The notes: generated by a model not told the origin, from the letters alone. A stretch of DNA of 64,000 nucleotides from a bacterium (GCA_027484965.1 JAIXRY010000006.1:65738-129737); one strand, 5' to 3'. Numbered from the stretch's first letter, positions 46,984 through 57,133 are shown. Made by a program: numbers and translations.

Positions 46984-47415
46984 TTATACACGACGTGGTT
47001 TCTTAGGTTTTGGACCGTTGTGAGGTACCGGTGTAATATCACGAATAGCTGTAACATCTATATTGTGTGACATAAATCCACGAATAGTAGGCTCGCGACC
47101 TGAACCAACGCCAGTGATTACTACATCAACTTCCTTTATACCAAGAGCAGCTGATTTTTCACCTAGAGTTTCACCTACCTTAGTTGCAGCGAAAGGAGTT
47201 CCTTTCTTTGCACCTTTGAAGCCAAGTGATCCTGATGAAGACCAAAAAATAGTATTACCTTGTTTATCAGTAACAACTACTTTTGTGTTGTTGAAAGTAG
47301 CTTCGATATGAAGTGTTCCTGCAGCAACTTTCTTTTTTGGAACGCGTGAAGAATTACGTGCTGGTGCACCTCCTTCATTTGATCCTCCTTTTTTTACAAT
47401 ACGTTTTTTTCCCAT
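46984..47415 (-). CDS. rpsK: 30S ribosomal protein S11
   Basis: TFNNT, GFKGAKKGTPFAA, DITPVPHNG. Confidence 0.98.
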   Translation of the reverse strand: MGKKRIVKKGGSNEGGAPARNSSRVPKKKVAAGTLHIEATFNNTKVVVTDKQGNTIFWSSSGSLGFKGAKKGTPFAATKVGETLGEKSAALGIKEVDVVITGVGSGREPTIRGFMSHNIDVTAIRDITPVPHNGPKPKKPRRV

Positions 47416-47450
47416 ATAAATACTAAAAAATAATTAAGCTATCCTAAAGA

Positions 47451-47831
47451 CTATGTCTTTTCAGTCTTACGACGACCACTTCCCATAGTTTTACGAACAT
47501 TTCCACGAACTGTACGTGAATTTGTTTTTGTTCTTTGACCACGAACTGGGAGCTTGCGCATATGACGAACGCCGCGGTATGCCTTAATATCTTTCAAACG
47601 TTTGATATTTGCAGCAACTTCACGCTTCAAGTTTCCTTCTATCTTAAGAGCTTCAACAATCTTACGAATTGTGTTTTCTTCATCTAGAGTTACGTCAGCA
47701 GCTTTTTTTCCATGAGGAACTCCTGCTTCATCTAATACCTTACGTGCACGAGCAATACCAATACCATATAGTTCGGTAAGACCTATTTCGAGACGCTTTT
47801 CATTTGGAATGTTAATACCTAAAATACGCAT
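47451..47831 (-). CDS. rpsM: 30S ribosomal protein S13
   Basis: RILGINIP, YRG.RH...LPVRGQRTKTNSRT. Confidence 0.98.
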   Translation of the reverse strand: MRILGINIPNEKRLEIGLTELYGIGIARARKVLDEAGVPHGKKAADVTLDEENTIRKIVEALKIEGNLKREVAANIKRLKDIKAYRGVRHMRKLPVRGQRTKTNSRTVRGNVRKTMGSGRRKTEKT

Positions 47832-47834
47832 AAA

Positions 47835-47945
47835 TTATTGTTTTTGTTTATGTTTTGGGTTTGCGCAAATAATATGAAGGTGACCTTTTCTTTTCACCAT
47901 CTTACACTTTTCGCATATTTTTTTGACCGAAGCCTTGATTTTCAT
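47835..47945 (-). CDS. rpmJ: 50S ribosomal protein L36 (zinc-ribbon type)
   Basis: [37 protein letters not shown]-terminal part of the tracked 104-aa ORF. Confidence 0.95.
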   Translation of the reverse strand: MKIKASVKKICEKCKMVKRKGHLHIICANPKHKQKQ

Positions 47946-48010
47946 AGACGATAATAAAAAATTTCGGAAACCTAAACTGATTTCCAGAAGTGGGGATAAG
48001 TATACACTAT

Positions 48011-48223
48011 TTATAATCTTTTTACAACTCTTCCTTTTCCACCATATGGGTCTAGGAGTACTTCCACCTTGTCTCCAACGAGAACTTTGATGCGGTGTAG
48101 ACGCATCTTGCCGGAAAGGTACACAAGAATTTCTTTCTCTCCTCCACAAGCAACCCTAAAAAGGGTGTTTGGTAATGCTTCTGTTACTGTACCTACGACA
48201 GTCTGTTTGTTTTCTTCACTCAT
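48011..48223 (-). CDS. infA: Translation initiation factor IF-1
   Basis: [17 protein letters not shown]...I.VL.GDKV. Confidence 0.97.
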   Translation of the reverse strand: MSEENKQTVVGTVTEALPNTLFRVACGGEKEILVYLSGKMRLHRIKVLVGDKVEVLLDPYGGKGRVVKRL

Positions 48224-48252
48224 GGGGTAACGATTAGTATCATAACAAAATT

Positions 48253-49503
48253 TTATTCTGAGGTCAACTCTTTAGGTGGATTAACTATTATTTCTAAACG
48301 ATTTTCATCTTTAGGAAGCACATTTTGCCAAATTGGAGTGATTTTTGTTACAGCACTTGCAACTGTTGGGAAGTTTTCAAGCATTTTTTCAACGTTATTT
48401 TTTGATACGCCAAGTAAAAGTTGCTTTAATTCTTTTATATTAATCACAGAAACAATCCTTCCTTCTATAGTAAGAAGTGTGTTTATATTACTTACACTTT
48501 CTGGATCTTGTGAGGGTTGAAATGAAAAAACAAAATTCTGTAATTCTGGTACTGTAAATTCTTTTGTAGAAAAATCCGTCTTTGTATAAGATTTTATATA
48601 CTCCATAAGTGAAATTTCTTTTACCATATACACCACCAACTTACCTTCTCTTTTTATTACTGCTTCACTATTTTTAGATTGGAAAGTTTTACTTGTATCA
48701 TCTGGAACTAACACTGACAAATCTTTATAAAGTATATATCCAGCCGGGGCTTGCGCTTGTGCTTGTATAAAGAGTTTGTCTTTGAGAGATTGATCAAGTT
48801 TCGAAGTTTCAACCTTATAAAGGTCTTCTTCAATAGTATAAACGGTGCCCTGTATTCCTCCAGAAATAGGACCTTCATTTACAGCGTACACATTTACAAA
48901 TTTAGAAGTTTTTGCAAAGCTTGGGAAATTAAAATTTGCATTATTGATATTAAAAGTATCGCCCACTTCACTTGCTTCTATTTGTGCCAACGCACTACCT
49001 GGAGCTTTTGAAATATCATCAAAAGCCGGAACAGTGACCCCTTCTTGTAGTCTATATACTAGACCGTCGTCTGTTTTTAGAGATAGACCTTTTGCAAGTG
49101 TTACAGGTTTCTTTTCTTTATTAAAAATAGACACTTTACCACTCGCCTTTACATTCATGGTAGCTGTAGTATCTAAATGCACAGAGCCTTCAACAGAACC
49201 TTTTAGGGACATTATTTCAAAATGTACGCCAGAAGTATCAGTTCTTGAAAAATTTATAGGTTCGGACTTAAATGAAAAAGTCTTAACTTGAGGAGAGACA
49301 AATATCTTTGCACTGGTAAAATATCCAGATACACCAAAAAATAGAGCAACCATAGATAAAACTGCAAAAATCCATAAGAATAATTTTGCCCTACCATTTT
49401 TATTAGGTCTTTCGTGAGAAATAACAGATTCTTTAAAAACTTGCCTTTCTTGATCTTGTACTTCTGGTGTATTTACTTTTATGTCACTAAACGGTTTTTG
49501 CAT
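48253..49503 (-). CDS. Membrane-anchored beta-rich protein with a baseplate-J-like segment
   Basis: Single TM; KASGKVSIFN...L.TDDGLVY.L...VTVP...GS.....A...G..FN...ISGG pattern. Confidence 0.65.
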   Translation of the reverse strand: MQKPFSDIKVNTPEVQDQERQVFKESVISHERPNKNGRAKLFLWIFAVLSMVALFFGVSGYFTSAKIFVSPQVKTFSFKSEPINFSRTDTSGVHFEIMSLKGSVEGSVHLDTTATMNVKASGKVSIFNKEKKPVTLAKGLSLKTDDGLVYRLQEGVTVPAFDDISKAPGSALAQIEASEVGDTFNINNANFNFPSFAKTSKFVNVYAVNEGPISGGIQGTVYTIEEDLYKVETSKLDQSLKDKLFIQAQAQAPAGYILYKDLSVLVPDDTSKTFQSKNSEAVIKREGKLVVYMVKEISLMEYIKSYTKTDFSTKEFTVPELQNFVFSFQPSQDPESVSNINTLLTIEGRIVSVINIKELKQLLLGVSKNNVEKMLENFPTVASAVTKITPIWQNVLPKDENRLEIIVNPPKELTSE

Positions 49504-50677
49504 AGAGATAATAGAGTCTAAAAATATGAACTGTTTCTATAATCAATCTAACATCGTGCAAGTACTCAGCATCCTTTAGCAATACGTATTCTTTTATAAA
49601 ATCACCATTAAGAGATATTACTTGGAATTTTTGATCAGTCACGAGGTACTGACCAAAAGCTTCTCCCATAATAAGGTCTTTATACCAAGTTTTACCATCA
49701 CCATTAACTTCTAAGAAAACCTTGTTTGGAAGTGTAAGGTGATCACTCATAAGAGCAAGTACTTTTTGGAATTGAGAGAGCCATGCATCACCTACAACCT
49801 TTAGAACATCATCTACTTGTTTTTTAGACTCTTCTGTAAGAGCGTTTGAAAAGTAACTACTCAAAAGAGAAATAGACTCTATATTACTCTTCTTGAGTTG
49901 AGCATTCATGGTTCTAACGATTTCAGCGTTCCCGAGTGGAAGTGAGACTGTTTCTATAAGTACTCCGTTTTTACAAAGAGCAATTTCTGATATTTCTGTA
50001 TCAATAGATACAAAAAGGTAACTCTGGTCATCTTTAAACAAATCTCGAAGAAATAGATATGAAGAGAAAGTATTAGTAGATGAACGAATATTTCTTTCAG
50101 CAAGAGAGACTTGTTTGTCTATAATCTTCTCTATATTATTATTCAAATCTTTTGGAGCAAAACTTAAGAATACTGCAAGTTCAATATTTTTTGCTTCTTT
50201 GTGGTATGGAGTTGGAACACGATAACCGTTTATACTTGCATCTATGGTGTAGTTTTCAATAATTTCCATTGGAATATTGCCAACTTTTGTAGGAAGAACT
50301 TCTTTTTCAAAGCGTTCGAGCTCTTTTTGAACACATTCATGGACGAGCTTTTCTGTAACCTTGAAAGGCACTTTCTTTTCAAAATAAATCTTTTGAGTTT
50401 GAGAGAAAAACCACGGAGAGCTATATACTACATATACTTTTTTAATTCCACTTATTCTTTCTTTTATAAATCTCTCAAGACCGTCGTTTAAAGATACAAA
50501 GAGAGCCTGAGTAAACAGATTGAAATTGAGCTCTTCACCCAACACAAAAGGAACGCGTGTAATCCATTCTATTGTAGGTTTTGGAGTGGTAGGATTACAA
50601 ACAGAAAAAGCAACACTTCCACTTCCTATAGAAATCAAAAGAAATTTTTCTTGTTTCTTTTTCGGCTTACTAAACAT
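49487..50677 (-). CDS. Divergent actin-fold (FtsA/PilM-like) protein
   Basis: LLISIGSGSV (phosphate-1-like), INGY, FVSIDTEISEI, SLPLGN. Confidence 0.65.
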   Translation of the reverse strand: MFSKPKKKQEKFLLISIGSGSVAFSVCNPTTPKPTIEWITRVPFVLGEELNFNLFTQALFVSLNDGLERFIKERISGIKKVYVVYSSPWFFSQTQKIYFEKKVPFKVTEKLVHECVQKELERFEKEVLPTKVGNIPMEIIENYTIDASINGYRVPTPYHKEAKNIELAVFLSFAPKDLNNNIEKIIDKQVSLAERNIRSSTNTFSSYLFLRDLFKDDQSYLFVSIDTEISEIALCKNGVLIETVSLPLGNAEIVRTMNAQLKKSNIESISLLSSYFSNALTEESKKQVDDVLKVVGDAWLSQFQKVLALMSDHLTLPNKVFLEVNGDGKTWYKDLIMGEAFGQYLVTDQKFQVISLNGDFIKEYVLLKDAEYLHDVRLIIETVHIFRLYYLYAKTV

Positions 50678-50790
50678 ATATACAAGTATAGCAGTGATGA
50701 GGGGTAAGCGAATAGTGGATAGGAAAAATAGATTGTAATTGACCTAATATTTAAAAAATGTAACTATATATAAAAATAAACAATTTTTAT

Positions 50791-51183
50791 ATGAAAAAAG
50801 AATTGCCATTATACAACACACATGCAAGAGTAGATTGGTCTGGTGTTTACTATGGAGATGCTCTACTCGCATATTTTACTCTTCCTTCAAATGAATACAG
50901 AACAGGACATTGGTATTCTTGTTTTGTGTTTAAAAAACCTCATCCACTTATTGATGTGATGTTATTTTATATCAATAAAGATGCTGGAGAAATAAGAGAA
51001 GATAATGATCCTGATGGTAGAAAAGTAATACGTTTTGCGTTACCTAAAAAATTAAACTTAAAAATAGTTTTTAAGAGAATATTCTACCTTAAAAATTTAA
51101 AGGAGTGTGAAATCCCACTTACTTTTAAAAATATAGTGAAATTTCTTAAGTGGCCAACGTATTGTTGTGTAGTTATCATTTAA
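50791..51183 (+). CDS. Hypothetical protein
   Basis: 130 aa; TTGACC promoter; bidirectional terminator shared with alaS. Confidence 0.6.
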   Translation: MKKELPLYNTHARVDWSGVYYGDALLAYFTLPSNEYRTGHWYSCFVFKKPHPLIDVMLFYINKDAGEIREDNDPDGRKVIRFALPKKLNLKIVFKRIFYLKNLKECEIPLTFKNIVKFLKWPTYCCVVII

Positions 51184-51207
51184 AAACCCCAATTAGGGTT
51201 TTTTTAT

Positions 51208-52947
51208 TTATTCAATAACAGCTTTTATGCGTCTTACACCTTGTGACGAGGCTTCTTCTTTTTGAATTTTGAATTTACCTATCACTGCTGTATGTTCTAC
51301 GTGCGGACCGCCACAGAATTCTTTTGAAAATACATTTCCATTTTCATCTTCAACAAAATATACAGTTACAACTTCTGGATATTTTGCTCCGAATTCCATT
51401 TCGGCACCAATTTTCTCGGCTTCAGAAAAAGGCATTTCTCGGCGAACAACTTTGTAATCTTTATTGATTATTTCATTTACCCTATCTTCAACTTTTTGTT
51501 TTTCTTCATCTGTCATTTTGCGGTCAAAAGAAAAATCGATACGTAGACGCTCTTCTGTAATATTTGAACCCTTTTGGTGAACTGTTGGTCCAAGTACTTC
51601 CTGAAGGGCTTTTAGAAGTAAATGATGGGCTGTATGAAGCTTGATTGTAATATCGCTAGTGTTTGCAAGGCCACCTTTAAACATACCAGCACCTGCTGTG
51701 CGAGATTTCTCTTGGTGCTCTTTCATTTCTCTATTAAATTTTTCTCTATCAATAACAATACCTTTTTCTTTTGCGAGTTCTTCTGTGAGTTCAATAGGAA
51801 AACCATATGTAGTCGCAAGGAGAAAAGGATCTGTACCTTTTTCAAATTCTTTAATACCATCTTCTACAGTCTTCTTAAATTTTTCAATTTCGCTTAAAAT
51901 AACGTCTATATTATTTTCTAAACCAATATTCTGATAGATATTTTTGTATTTTTCTAGGAAAATATCCAATATATCTTTTGTGAGATTTGGTGGGAATTGA
52001 AGTTTTAAACTTCTTACAACAGTACGACGAATGAGACGGCGTAGAATATATCCGCGATCTTTATTTGAAGGAATAACACCATCAGCAACCATAAATAATG
52101 CTGTACGTAGATGGTCTGTAATTACACGAGCGTAATTTTCATTATATTCTTTTGATTCTGATTTTATTTTTTCAATTATATCTGAAAGCAGATCAGTATC
52201 ATACGCAGTCTTTTTGCCTTGCATTACAGCAGTAATACGTTCAAGTCCTGCACCTGTGTCTACATTTTTCTGAGCAAGTTTTCCTATTACTTTTCCATCT
52301 TTCTTTTCGTATTCCATGAATACATCATTCCAGATTTCAATAACAGTCTCCTTTTTGTTCGCCTCAATAAAACCTTCGAGAGTTAAGTCTCCAACATTAC
52401 CTTCCATATCATAAAACATTTCACTACATGGACCACAAGGACCATTATCACCAGGTGACCACCAATTGTCGTCTGCAGGTAGGGCATAAATACGATGTTC
52501 TGGTATACCAAGACTCATCCAAATCTTTTTTGATTCTTCGTCATAAGGTGCGTTTTCATCACCTTCAAATATAGTTAAATAGAGACGGTTTATATCAAGA
52601 CCAAGACCTTCTTCTTTTGAAGTAAGGAATTCATAAGACCAAGAAATGGCTTCTTCTTTGAAGTAATCTCCGAGTGACCAATTCCCCATCATTTCAAAAA
52701 ATGAAAAGTGACGATTGTCTCCAATATCTTCTAAGTCTCCTGTACGAACACATTTCTGAATATCGGCAATTCTTTTACCCATTGGATGTTCTTGTCCTAG
52801 TAGATATGGTACAAGAGGTTGCATTCCGGCAGTATTAAAGAGTACTGAAGGATCATTTTCAGGCACGAGGGATGCAGAAGGGATTATTTTGTGGCCTCTT
52901 TTTTCAAAAAAAGCCAAGAATTTTGAGCGGATTTCATGGGATTGCAT
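51208..52947 (-). CDS. alaS: Alanine-tRNA ligase, compact form without C-Ala
   Basis: LFNTAGMQP, QKCVR, FFEMMGNWS, DTGAGLER, editing HTAHH and EFCGGPHV; ends at GVRRIKAV. Confidence 0.97.
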   Translation of the reverse strand: MQSHEIRSKFLAFFEKRGHKIIPSASLVPENDPSVLFNTAGMQPLVPYLLGQEHPMGKRIADIQKCVRTGDLEDIGDNRHFSFFEMMGNWSLGDYFKEEAISWSYEFLTSKEEGLGLDINRLYLTIFEGDENAPYDEESKKIWMSLGIPEHRIYALPADDNWWSPGDNGPCGPCSEMFYDMEGNVGDLTLEGFIEANKKETVIEIWNDVFMEYEKKDGKVIGKLAQKNVDTGAGLERITAVMQGKKTAYDTDLLSDIIEKIKSESKEYNENYARVITDHLRTALFMVADGVIPSNKDRGYILRRLIRRTVVRSLKLQFPPNLTKDILDIFLEKYKNIYQNIGLENNIDVILSEIEKFKKTVEDGIKEFEKGTDPFLLATTYGFPIELTEELAKEKGIVIDREKFNREMKEHQEKSRTAGAGMFKGGLANTSDITIKLHTAHHLLLKALQEVLGPTVHQKGSNITEERLRIDFSFDRKMTDEEKQKVEDRVNEIINKDYKVVRREMPFSEAEKIGAEMEFGAKYPEVVTVYFVEDENGNVFSKEFCGGPHVEHTAVIGKFKIQKEEASSQGVRRIKAVIE

Positions 52948-52977
52948 TTGTATAATATACCAAAAAATTGAAGAAAT

Positions 52978-53027
52978 TAAAAAGGGCGTCAAAATTATTG
53001 TTTACAATAATTTTGACGCCCTTTTTA
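52978..53027. repeat. Perfect 24-2-24 inverted repeat (terminator after the pepF-like gene)
   Basis: TAAAAAGGGCGTCAAAATTATTGT-TT-ACAATAATTTTGACGCCCTTTTTA. Confidence 0.9.
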
Positions 53028-53032
53028 TAATA

Positions 53033-54832
53033 TTATTTAGTCTTTTTTTTATTTTTAGACTTAAACTGGCTTTGTTTTAATAATTTTTCAAATTCATCAA
53101 TTTCCTTCTCGATACTCTTGAGACCTCCTTCGAAGAAGTCTGGGTGTGACACATCGATACCTATTGATTTGAAAATATTTTCTGGAGACATACTTTCACC
53201 GGCACTCAAGAATTCATTAATCTTTTCTATAAAAGTATTATCTTCTTTGTATTTTTGATAGAGAGCGCGAGACACAAGCTCACCATATGCATAACTATAC
53301 ATGTAAAAATACCAACGTATATGCATAAGTTGCACAAAAAAATATCCATCATCTTCCACAACACTAAAACTTTTTCCCAGATAAGCTTGAAAATGATTCT
53401 TTAACATTTTTGCAATCTCATTATAAGAAATAGAGCCAACTTCTCTTATTTTTTCATGTAATTGCAATTCAAAATTTATTAATGTAATTTGTAAAAAAAT
53501 TGTTGAAATACTATCTTGAATTTTATCGTGCAATACAAGTAATTTATCTTTTTCAGGTAAAGTTTTGAACAATTCATCAAAAGCAAAATTTTCAAAAAGA
53601 GTACTTGCAACCTCTGCAACAGATATCGTATGTCCATCATATAAAATAGGCTGTTTTTTTGAATATTCACCATGAATGGCATGCCCCATCTCATGAGCAA
53701 AAGTATTTACATCATTAAAAGACCCTGTATGATTAAGGAGTACAAAAGTTGGCCGATTATATCCTGCCCAACAATACCCACCGCTTGTTTTATTTTTTCT
53801 TGGATAAGCATCTATCTGTCCAGAGGTTACAAAATTTTCAAGAATTTGAGCATAATCATTACTTATCTTTGAAAAAGCATCATGAACAAAGTTGACACTC
53901 TCTAAAAAAGAATACTCTTTTTTAGATTTATAAAGATGCAATCTAGAGTCAATAAATTCTAATTTATCTACACCTAAAATACTTTTTTTTAAAGTAAAGA
54001 ATCTTTGAGTAAGTGGAAAATATTTTGTTACAGTATCTCTAAGAAGCTCAAATTCCTGTTCGCTATTTTGATACCCAATAACTGTGGCGCTATAAGGCTT
54101 TTTATATCCTCTTAGTTCATCATTTATTTTTTTATCTAGGATAATTGCGTTTAGTTCTGGTTCAATTAAAGAAGCTATTTGTTTTCGTTTAGAAACAATT
54201 ATTTTATATAATTTTAAAGCTTTATTTCTAGGGAGTGTGTAGAGTAGTGAACCTGCTTCAGAAAGCGCAATTTCTTTTTTTTCAAAAAATACAACTTGTT
54301 CTCCAAGAATTTTTTCAGTTTGACGCACCCAAAGATCGTAAGATGTTAAATATTTTAAATTTAAAATCTTCTCTTCCTTTTCAGAAAGCTGATATTTTGC
54401 CTGTAACCACAACTGTTCAAGAAAATAAATAAATCGACTTAAAGAATTATCTGAACTAATCTCTTTTTGAAATTGTGGCTCTATATTACCTAAATTAAGA
54501 GAAAAAAAGATTGTCTTATTCACTGCTTGAGTAATCCTCTCAGAAATTTTTGATATCTGTCCAGATATAGCACTATCAGCAGTATTCATATCTTTTAAAA
54601 GATGGAAATACACAAGAGGTTTTGAAGATCCTATAATCTTTAGTACATTCTCATAATCTTTAAGAGCGCCTAGGAGTGATTTTTTATCACTTAGATATGA
54701 TTTATTCTTTTCGTGTTTCTTAGCAAAAGAATCACATGCTTTCTCTATAGCTACAATATCTGCTTCTATTTGTGGGTCTTTTTGATTTTTGTAGAGTAAA
54801 GTCAAATCCCATTCAGTCTTAATTTTCTTCAT
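53033..54832 (-). CDS. M3B oligoendopeptidase F family
   Basis: WDLT.LY, K.SGGYC, TFAHEMGHAIH, AEVAS, FY.YSYAYG. Confidence 0.9.
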   Translation of the reverse strand: MKKIKTEWDLTLLYKNQKDPQIEADIVAIEKACDSFAKKHEKNKSYLSDKKSLLGALKDYENVLKIIGSSKPLVYFHLLKDMNTADSAISGQISKISERITQAVNKTIFFSLNLGNIEPQFQKEISSDNSLSRFIYFLEQLWLQAKYQLSEKEEKILNLKYLTSYDLWVRQTEKILGEQVVFFEKKEIALSEAGSLLYTLPRNKALKLYKIIVSKRKQIASLIEPELNAIILDKKINDELRGYKKPYSATVIGYQNSEQEFELLRDTVTKYFPLTQRFFTLKKSILGVDKLEFIDSRLHLYKSKKEYSFLESVNFVHDAFSKISNDYAQILENFVTSGQIDAYPRKNKTSGGYCWAGYNRPTFVLLNHTGSFNDVNTFAHEMGHAIHGEYSKKQPILYDGHTISVAEVASTLFENFAFDELFKTLPEKDKLLVLHDKIQDSISTIFLQITLINFELQLHEKIREVGSISYNEIAKMLKNHFQAYLGKSFSVVEDDGYFFVQLMHIRWYFYMYSYAYGELVSRALYQKYKEDNTFIEKINEFLSAGESMSPENIFKSIGIDVSHPDFFEGGLKSIEKEIDEFEKLLKQSQFKSKNKKKTK

Positions 54833-54836
54833 ATGA

Positions 54837-56669
54837 TTAATCTTTTTTATTTAGTAATAAAAATTTTGCATATTTTTCTGCCACATCTTCAAAACTCTTC
54901 TTATTCGTAGAAATTATTTTCTTACCGTGAACCATTTCAATATAAGCATTAAGCACTATTGGCTTTTTAATAGATTTAATAGAAGACAACTTTTTTATCT
55001 TTTCTTTTGCTTGAGCAATAATTTTTTCGTTTGTCTTAGTGATATTTTTAATATATGCATTAGCGGATAGTTTTTTACCTGTAGCAATTTTTACGAATTC
55101 AGGAAATGTTCTAGACGCTCCCAATTTCCATACCGCTTCCATTTCTTTACCTACCATTTTATTATCAACAATATATCCATATTTTTTATAGAAATATTCT
55201 CTCCATTGTGAAAGTGCTAATTCTGCGAGTGCGTACCCATGATAAGAACAACTCGATTCCCATGCATAGATATGAGGGATTTCAAGCAATGTTAAAGAGG
55301 TGGTCTTAAAATCAGTAAATGTAGTATATGTCTTCTTTGCGATGTTATATAATTTTTCTTTGTCTAATTTTTTTGCCTCATACAACTCTTTTTCAAAATA
55401 CATGACAGACATGATCCCCATCATATGTCTTGGACGTAAAGGCTCTAGCGCTTTTACTTTTCTCTCAAATAATTCAAAAGGGTAAGGATTGCCATTAATA
55501 TCTTTTACATAACGCATTTTCCACTCTATACTTGAAAATACAGTATCTAAGAACATGCTCTGTGTTTCTGCCCAAGCAGTAGACATAGGGGCGTATTCAT
55601 TATTCAGACAAACATCTTTAGTCATCACATTCAAAAAATGTGCAGCATGTCCACCTTCATGAAATAAGGTACTCATTGCAGAAAGAGATTGGCCGGGAAT
55701 ACCTTGATTAAAATTGCAGGTGAATTGAGCTTTACCAGGAACCCTCTTTCCTTTTTTATAATGTACAAGCTCTGGCCAGTGACAAAATCCATTATTATAT
55801 TTACCCTCTCTTTCTACCAAATCAAGAACGAGAGAGCCACCTTTAAAATCAATACCAAGATTTTGGAAAGTTCTACCCCACCATTCTAATCCAAACTGGA
55901 AAGGAAAATAAGGCTCTTCTTCTTTTATAAAAGAACCAGTCATTATAAAACTAAAATTCCATGGTTCGCGAATCCCCTTTCTAGTTTTCTCTAAATTTCT
56001 TATATGAGTAAAAGCATATTTAGTCTTATCATACAAAGGATAAAAAATGCTAAACAATTCTTTCTTAGTCATTCCTTCTTCAATAAAAACTTTATACGCA
56101 TAAAAATCTTCATACCCGAGAGCTTTTGCATATTCATTCCTTAGCTTTATTAATTCCAAAAAATCTTCAATAAGCGGTTCTGAAAGTTTTTGAAGTGCAT
56201 CAAAACAAGCTTTCCTAACGGCAACTTCTTCATGAGTTACCATGAGATTTTTAATAGTATTGATATTCTTTTCTACTTTCTTGTTTGTCTTTGGATCTAT
56301 ATAGTATTGAGGGCGAGAAGATCTAGTTTGTTGTATTTTAGATTCAAGAGTATTTATTTTTACTTTTAATTCAAGAGCTTTGTCGGGTGTTTGAAATGAT
56401 TCAAAAAATTTCTTCCAATACAATAAACGTTCTTTTTCTTCCCCTTTAGCAATAACCAAAAAAGTGGTTACCTTATTTAGAAGTTCTTTATTTGTCCTAA
56501 AAAAATCTCTCTCATTAAGAGCTTGATCTTTTTCATTATCTATTGAATGGTCACACATGTATGAAATCCAAAACAATTCTTCATATGCCTTATGAAGTTT
56601 AGTATATGTGTCGTTTAAGTAGATAATAAGATCTGTAGGTTTTTTAAATTCTATTGAATTTTTCTTCAT
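54837..56669 (-). CDS. M3-family metallopeptidase
   Basis: GKYNNGFCH, TLFHEGGHAAH, AETQSMF, YHGYALAE. Confidence 0.85.
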   Translation of the reverse strand: MKKNSIEFKKPTDLIIYLNDTYTKLHKAYEELFWISYMCDHSIDNEKDQALNERDFFRTNKELLNKVTTFLVIAKGEEKERLLYWKKFFESFQTPDKALELKVKINTLESKIQQTRSSRPQYYIDPKTNKKVEKNINTIKNLMVTHEEVAVRKACFDALQKLSEPLIEDFLELIKLRNEYAKALGYEDFYAYKVFIEEGMTKKELFSIFYPLYDKTKYAFTHIRNLEKTRKGIREPWNFSFIMTGSFIKEEEPYFPFQFGLEWWGRTFQNLGIDFKGGSLVLDLVEREGKYNNGFCHWPELVHYKKGKRVPGKAQFTCNFNQGIPGQSLSAMSTLFHEGGHAAHFLNVMTKDVCLNNEYAPMSTAWAETQSMFLDTVFSSIEWKMRYVKDINGNPYPFELFERKVKALEPLRPRHMMGIMSVMYFEKELYEAKKLDKEKLYNIAKKTYTTFTDFKTTSLTLLEIPHIYAWESSCSYHGYALAELALSQWREYFYKKYGYIVDNKMVGKEMEAVWKLGASRTFPEFVKIATGKKLSANAYIKNITKTNEKIIAQAKEKIKKLSSIKSIKKPIVLNAYIEMVHGKKIISTNKKSFEDVAEKYAKFLLLNKKD

Positions 56670-56716
56670 ATATAGAAGTATAGAGGAAAATAATAAAACC
56701 CGCTAGGCGGGTTTTA

Positions 56717-57133
56717 TTATTTAAAAACAACAAACAAAAGTCCTGTGAATATAAGAATAGAACCTATGATTGTTTTGTAAGTAAAAGCTTCGCCTAAAAA
56801 CAAAGCTGAAGCAAGAAAAATAAGAATAATACTTCCTCGATCTAAAGCGGCTACTAAATTAGCACTTCCAAATTTGAGAGCTGTAAAATAACAAATCCAA
56901 GAAAGCGCCCCAGCAACACCCGCAAATATTATATACATCCACTCTTTTCCAGAAAATGAAAAAGATGTCGACATTTTTCCAAGAGAAAAAGTTGTGACAA
57001 CTAAAAATAGTGTCATTATAAAACTACGAATTGTAGTAAGGAATATAGGGTCAGCACTCTTCACTCCAAGCTTGCCAAAAATAGTTACTAGAGCAGCAAA
57101 AATTGCAGATAGTATACCGAGGAAAATAGCCAT
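56717..57133 (-). CDS. EamA/DMT-family transporter (single domain)
   Basis: LSAIFAALVTIFGKLG, ALSWICYF.ALK, FLGE. Confidence 0.85.
   Translation of the reverse strand: MAIFLGILSAIFAALVTIFGKLGVKSADPIFLTTIRSFIMTLFLVVTTFSLGKMSTSFSFSGKEWMYIIFAGVAGALSWICYFTALKFGSANLVAALDRGSIILIFLASALFLGEAFTYKTIIGSILIFTGLLFVVFK

Noticed and set aside
47835..48149. 104-aa tracked ORF
   Set aside because: Only the last 36 codons are real (rpmJ); the rest is an alternative frame of infA.
48253..49503. Prophage suggested by the baseplate-J-like segment
   Set aside because: The protein is TM-anchored, embedded among core genes, and no other phage genes are present.
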